A stretch of 64,000 bases of DNA, from contig OZ076411.1 in the NCBI GenBank assembly GCA_964187785.1, positions 68,572,001 through 68,636,000 of the forward strand, written 5' to 3'. Under the pieces are notes generated by a model that had not been told where the DNA came from, did not search any database, and saw only the letters and a program-made list of their open reading frames with translations. The DNA comes from Amphiscolops sp. MND2022 (lineage: Eukaryota). This document shows, in pieces, positions 58,410 through 64,000 of the stretch (position 1 is the stretch's first letter; every line of letters begins with the position of its first letter). The position numbers and the translations under genes are program-made.

Positions 58410-60990
58410 ATCGATTACTAGAGCTCTTCAGAAGTTTCAACAACGAAATGGAAGTGTTATCATGGCGAACATTGACGACATAGTCATTGCAACAGAAACC
58501 ATCGAAGACCACTTGGTGAAAATCAGGGAAATGTTCGAGTGTCTCAAAGAGGCAGGCTTCAAAATGCGAGCTGAGAAATGTGACTTCATGCGCACCGAAA
58601 TCAAGTACCTCGGAGGAGCAGTTTCTGCTGGAGGCATAAAGCTAGACCCGGCAGCTGTTGGCAAGATCCAGGAATGGATGCCCCTAGGTATAAAGAGGAG
58701 CTGCAGAGGTTCCTCGGGTTCGCTAACTACTACCGAGAATTTATTTCCTTTCACGCTGCTAAAGAACAACCTATGCAGGAACTGTTGAGGAAAAACCAAC
58801 ACTTCTACTGGATGGAGAAACGTCAGGAATCGTTCGATTCAGTGAAACATGCCTTAGCCGAGGCCACAGCTTTGGCAACGCCAGATGCAGAAGGACGTTT
58901 TGTTTTGGATACGGATACCAGTGCAGTTACTATAGCCGGTATCCTACACCAGGAACAGGAATATAATGGAAAAACCATACTTCGTCGTGTTGTTTATGGT
59001 AGCAAATCACTGACTCGAACACAACTGAATTATGGCGCTAGAAATTGGAGATGTATGCAGTGTTTTATTTTATAGAAGAATTCCATTCGTACCTTGCAAG
59101 TCGAGAATTCACGCTGTACGTAGATAACCAGGCTCTCTCGTGCCTGAAGACGTACTCGTTGGATCAGGCCATGGTTGGACGCTGGATTGCACGCCTCGAC
59201 CAATATCACTTCAAGACTGTCCACCGACCAAGCACGCAACACAGAAATGCAGACGGTCTCAGCAAAAAGACAAATGATTACGTGTAAGGGAAAAAACTGT
59301 GGAGACCTTTCCGGAAGTGAGCAAAGGATTCAGTTCCTTGTCCCAGAACGACTACAAGAACCTACCCGCCGTACCATACATTGACAAAGATAGAAAGTTC
59401 ATTTCGAATCACCCGGAGCTTCCGGCGGAAGCTCGAGCACGACTTCCTCTGCTCTATATCTTAAGAAAGCGACCAAAGGGAGAATCGACCTCAGATCAGT
59501 CTTTGAATTCGATACCATTGTACCCAGAGGTGCAATGAATAACAACTCACAACTCCAACATCAACCGAAAACGACAGACCAAATTGTATCCTGAGTGTAA
59601 AAACCAAGGTGCCGCCGGCACGGCTTCTCGACACCACTAAACGCGAACCAGCGTTGCGTTGATTGCCTACGCAGTTTCAAGAGCAAGCTGACGTCCTCAG
59701 ACTAATTGGAACTGAACTGCATGAGCATCAATTGACAATGCATGGCCTGAAGGATCTACACCTAGCTCAAAATAGAGATCTACACCTTATAGCGTTGAAA
59801 AAGCTTATGAAGAACGAACCATTGGATGACTTCGTGTTCCCAGAGGACGTGAAGGACTTTGCCAAACGGTACTATCAGCAGAAGAAAGACTTACCGTTCC
59901 TGAACCACAATGACATTTTATGTATCAATTAATTCCCGCAGCAACGCTCAATGCACGTACGACCGTGTATGATCGTCATGCCCCAGCTGTACTAACACGA
60001 AATTTTGTACAGAGCGCATGATCAGTCAAGACACCAAGGCGTTGGCAAAGTTTTGGCAAGAATACAAGAGCGCCACTCCTGGCCAGGCATCAAGCGTGAT
60101 GTAGTAACCATATTAGACACTGCTTAAGGTGTCAACAGACAAAACATCCCGCTGGGAATCCTTGCTACCCTCTCCTAAGCATCAACAGTAGCAAGTTCAA
60201 TGACCTTGTGCATTTTGACAACGTCGGGAAATAATGGACACTGCTAGTCATCATCTACCTTTTCACCAAGTTTGCAGAGGCCATCCCATGTCCAAATGAT
60301 GAGTACGATGCCCAGACGACTGCAAAGCTCATCTTGAACAAGTGGTTCGCAAGACATGGCACTCCTGTCAGAATGCAGTCCACTAATGCCACAAATTTCA
60401 CTGCAGCAATTGCACAAGCCTCGCAGGTAACCAAGGTAACATCTACTCCAGCTCATTCGTGAGGCAATGATTTGATAGAACGCCAGAATTGAACATTACT
60501 AACATTGCGCCGAGTTTACACATCTCGCAGGATGCTGGATTGGGATGAGCAGATGGACGGAGTCGTGGGTGCCTTCAATTCAACAAGACATGCAACAACC
60601 GGATTTTCTCCATACATGCTCCAACATGGCGCAGAAAAATCCATTCCGCTCTCGTTCATATACCCAGAATTCGCAGCACGAGAGTTTGAGTCTAATGAAA
60701 AATTTGTAGAGCACCTTTTTGCTAGACAGCAAGAAGTCCAAGAGCTTGTTCGCATGAATACACATCCGGCGCAAGTACGACAAAAGCAGAAATTTGACAG
60801 ACATTTGAAAACAAATGCTCACGCCGTGGGTGACGCCGTTTGGGTTTTCTGTCACATGATTCCCAAGTGTGGTACCCGTAAACTTCTTCGTGACTGGCGT
60901 GGACCTCACAAGGTAACTGATGTATTACAAGATGGAAGACTATACTATATATTTTGGATACTGGCCAAAAAGTTCATTTCGAGAGCCTGA
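58410..60990 (+). mobile_element. pol: Ty3/Gypsy pol (C-terminal RT, RNase H, integrase), frameshifted, 5'-truncated
   Basis: MANIDDIVIAT..KCDF..IKYLG (RT). FVLDTD..YGSKSLTRTQLNY..EMYAV..VDNQAL..RWIARL..HRNADGLS (RNase H). AHDQ..HQG..WPG..C..C, FTKFAEAIP, FNSTRHATTGFSPY and WRGPHKV (integrase with GPY/F module). Confidence 0.95.
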
Positions 60991-61929
60991 AGAAACACGT
61001 GTCTGCACCGTGGGATTGGGCAACACATCAACCCTTCAGGTTGGACAAGATTGTAGCCATCATCGTAGATCCATACGGGGAAGACAAAATGAGGAGATAA
61101 CATCAGACATATCGCGCGACTCATTCCTTCCAGAACAACTGCCGGAGGCATCTTTCGAATTGGAACTAACCGCACCTGTCCCACACCGCACAATTCAAAC
61201 GCGTACCCAGACGGCTTTAGGACAAGGAATCCCACGTAGGCGGTCCAGTCACTTTGGATAGCCATCTGAGTCTGAATCTAACCACGAACCAATTGAACAA
61301 CCTGGGGAAGAAACACAGCAACCAGTTGTTTTTCCCGAACTAGATGATTTAGAACCATTGTTTTCGGACCAGGTGGAAATCTTGCCCGAACCAGTGAACA
61401 GTTTTTTACCTTCTCTAACAGGGACGTCAACACCATTGCTGTCAAATCCAATCCTGATCGACACACTGAGCAACTTCCCACTATTCAGTTCCCGAGCTGA
61501 TAGCTCAAAAGAACCAGAACCGCTGAAGAAGATAAGCCCCAGGAAAGAACTGAGGGGGTAGATCAACCACCTGGGCTAAGTCAAGAGACATCGCTCACGT
61601 CGGATAGAACTGTCCTTGGGAGAGGCAGCAGACCAAGAGGCAGACCTCCAGGTTGTAGAAGAGGAAGTACAACTTCATCGAGCAGGATAACTTCAAGAGC
61701 GAATAGACCATACACTCGATCAAGAGGTAGAATGAGAACCAGAGCTTGGTCTAGAACTCTAGAGCGTGGAATGACATTACCGAATTTACCAGAGAGTATG
61801 TCACCAGATCAGCAGGGTGCAGAGCAAACATCTCTTTCACAAGCACCGCCTTATCAGCTACGACGTAATAGAGCACCACGATAAAGGTGTGGAACCTGTG
61901 GTTCCCGTAAGTGTAGTTGCGTCAATCTA

Positions 61930-63313
61930 GTTGAAGTGAGAACACCGGACAAGCGATTGGCCCGGAGAGCGTATGCTCCTGCCCGGATGTTGGTTGATCC
62001 TGAAAAATCAGACGACTATGCACAACATAAAGTTCTAGCTGTTCAAGCCAAACACCAGGAGAACCCGTTAATACATCATGTAGTGATAACGACAGAAAAA
62101 ACGTACTCGAGTATAGAACCAGGAATTGTTCCGCCAATAGAGACCACGTTGAAGGCAATGCACGAAACATCCCCCACAGACTGTTCTGCCTACTGTTCGG
62201 GTGGACGTGGCACGACAAGAGCGGATTAGAGTTCACGTTACCCGCCATTATTCCCCCACTTCCACCGTCGTTGGTGTTTGGAAAAGTAGAGGCAGAAGAC
62301 ATGAAGCTGACTATGATAGCTGCATTACCGCGCACCAGCCATGGCAACAATATGGTGTGACTTCCACTCCTGGAGATGTATATCACCCAACCGCTGGTTG
62401 GTGGCAACTAATCAGCTCCCTAGACGAAACATCACCAGTAAATCCGGAGCTCTATTGATTTGTCTGGAGAATTTACGCACACTCGTAGAGTTCGATGACA
62501 CACTTTGTTTCCACTTAGCAGATATATACCGATACCGCGGAAAAATTTTCAGTCAACCTTGGTTACAACTACCAGCTATCATTTTCTGTCGTCAAGCCAA
62601 AATACGCTTTTTGGACCAACACTCATATACGTTTGAGAACCCCGTGACAGTGCTTGCAGCACTCTCCGTAGTTAAGGATTGGTCATGCACGAACATGGGA
62701 ATTAGACCACTACTCCGAACAGTGTGGAAGGATCGCAAGGCCATACTGGAACATCTTCCACCAAGTCAAGAGAATCAAAACACCTTCACTGGAAAATTGT
62801 AAACAACGCATCCAAAGTTCAAGCCGAACTACCTACCATAGATAACCTACGATGAAACTGATATCTTGCAAGCGCATGGTATCGTGGTAGTGTGCTATCC
62901 AGCGGGCCCTATCTCATACTCAGTGATGACGAGTTACGACACTCGGGAATACGGACTAGAAGAGATCTTTAGATTACGACCAGTCGTTGGAAAGGCGATG
63001 CACCTAGTCAAGTCACCAAATGCCCCATGGAACAATGACACCTTTCTGTTATTTACCAGAGCAACCAGCAAACATCCCATGCTGCATGACGTGATACATT
63101 GGTGTCATGTCAGATCTAATACAAAAGCTCACACAAGCTCATTCCACACAAGTTCGCTTTCTTATTTATGACCCCGAAAGATCAATCAACATACTACCAG
63201 CTTGGTATTCAATGTTGAGAGATCACTTCATCGAATCAAACATTGACATAATTCTCCACGATAGAGGCTATGTGTCAATCGCATCAGTACACGCATATGA
63301 CAGCGACCCGTAG
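61930..63313 (+). pseudogene. Post-integrase accessory ORF of the Gypsy element, frameshifted; contains one and possibly two OARD1/Poa1p-like macrodomain folds
   Basis: Overlapping ORFs 61936-62229, 62201-62458, 62341-62802, 62866-63171 and 63107-63313 join into one coding unit of about 450 aa. ITYDETDIL..CYPA..REYGLEEIF..VGKA..FLLFTRA..HP..W..MLRDHF..NIDIILHD parallels the OARD1 pattern. Confidence 0.55.
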
Positions 63314-63629
63314 CACAAATTGGATTGGGCACCAATAGTCCCCATAAATAGCCCTTCTAGGGGCAAATCGCCTTATTTTATGCGTGTGTCCTTTTACCTA
63401 ATAGTTGGACTGGTTCTTAAAGCGGATTTTTGCGTTTGTTTCACTGAAACTTTTTTAAAATGGACTGTACCAAACCTGAATTCATCTAAAGAATGTTTTA
63501 ACCCAAAATTGATGCTTGTTTATTTTCAGTTCAGTCCTGTCCTCTCGTTGCTACGCGACACTCCCAGTCACATATCATCTTTGCTGTCATTCAATAACAG
63601 TTGCAGTTTGAAGGTGCTACCATTGTTAC

Positions 63630-64000
63630 ATATGGACCAACCCACCCGCATTAAAATGCCACCACCAATTGCATCCAATTCACCGGCTAGCACCAACCAA
63701 GATAACCAGACTAGGGCTCCAGCAACGGCTGCGCCAGAACCTCCAGTGTCCTCGCTGCCTGTCGAGAATCCACACGACAGAGTAAGACAACTTGGTCATG
63801 TCCAATCCCAACTTCAATCCGGCGCTTCACTGACCCTCGTCACCGGAATGGCAAAACTCACTACCCAGATGTAATCGTTGGAAACGCACTCAGACTTCGT
63901 TCATTACTTTTCCTCGGGAATCGGATCCTTCCGCCGAACCGCGGAACTTAGCAATGGAGCTTGGCATGGACATGACCTCACTCACCATTTTGATGATCAT
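63630..64000 (+). pseudogene. Start of a further Pro/Thr/Ala-rich ORF of the Gypsy 3' region, running off the window
   Basis: MDQPTRIKMPPPIASNSPAST..QSQLQSG..M*SLETHSDFVHYFSSG: the frame continues after one stop. Product unknown. Confidence 0.4.

Overview
AT-rich eukaryotic (animal, probably invertebrate) genomic DNA with spliceosomal introns, dense decayed transposons and one 200-N scaffold gap (42857-43056). The one clearly intact host gene is a 4-coding-exon Kruppel-like factor (+ strand, 9262-19902, about 662 aa). It is atypical in having an N-terminal C4 cysteine motif and a ~210-aa tail after the zinc fingers ending in a CtBP-type ALDLS motif. A second candidate gene (32100 onward) encodes a NERD/PD-(D/E)xK nuclease domain, possibly followed by a decayed helicase part. 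The rest is mobile DNA: several LINE remnants, MITEs and palindromes, a solo LTR with a 5-bp TSD that contains the start of a gag-like ORF, and a 16-kb block (48.2-64 kb) of an envelope-bearing Ty3/Gypsy family. That block has gag-protease, a class I fusion env, RT-RNaseH-integrase, post-integrase ORFs resembling OARD1/Poa1p macrodomains, and a decayed antisense JmjC gene lying where pol should be. All domain calls are by-eye motif recognition; no database search was run.
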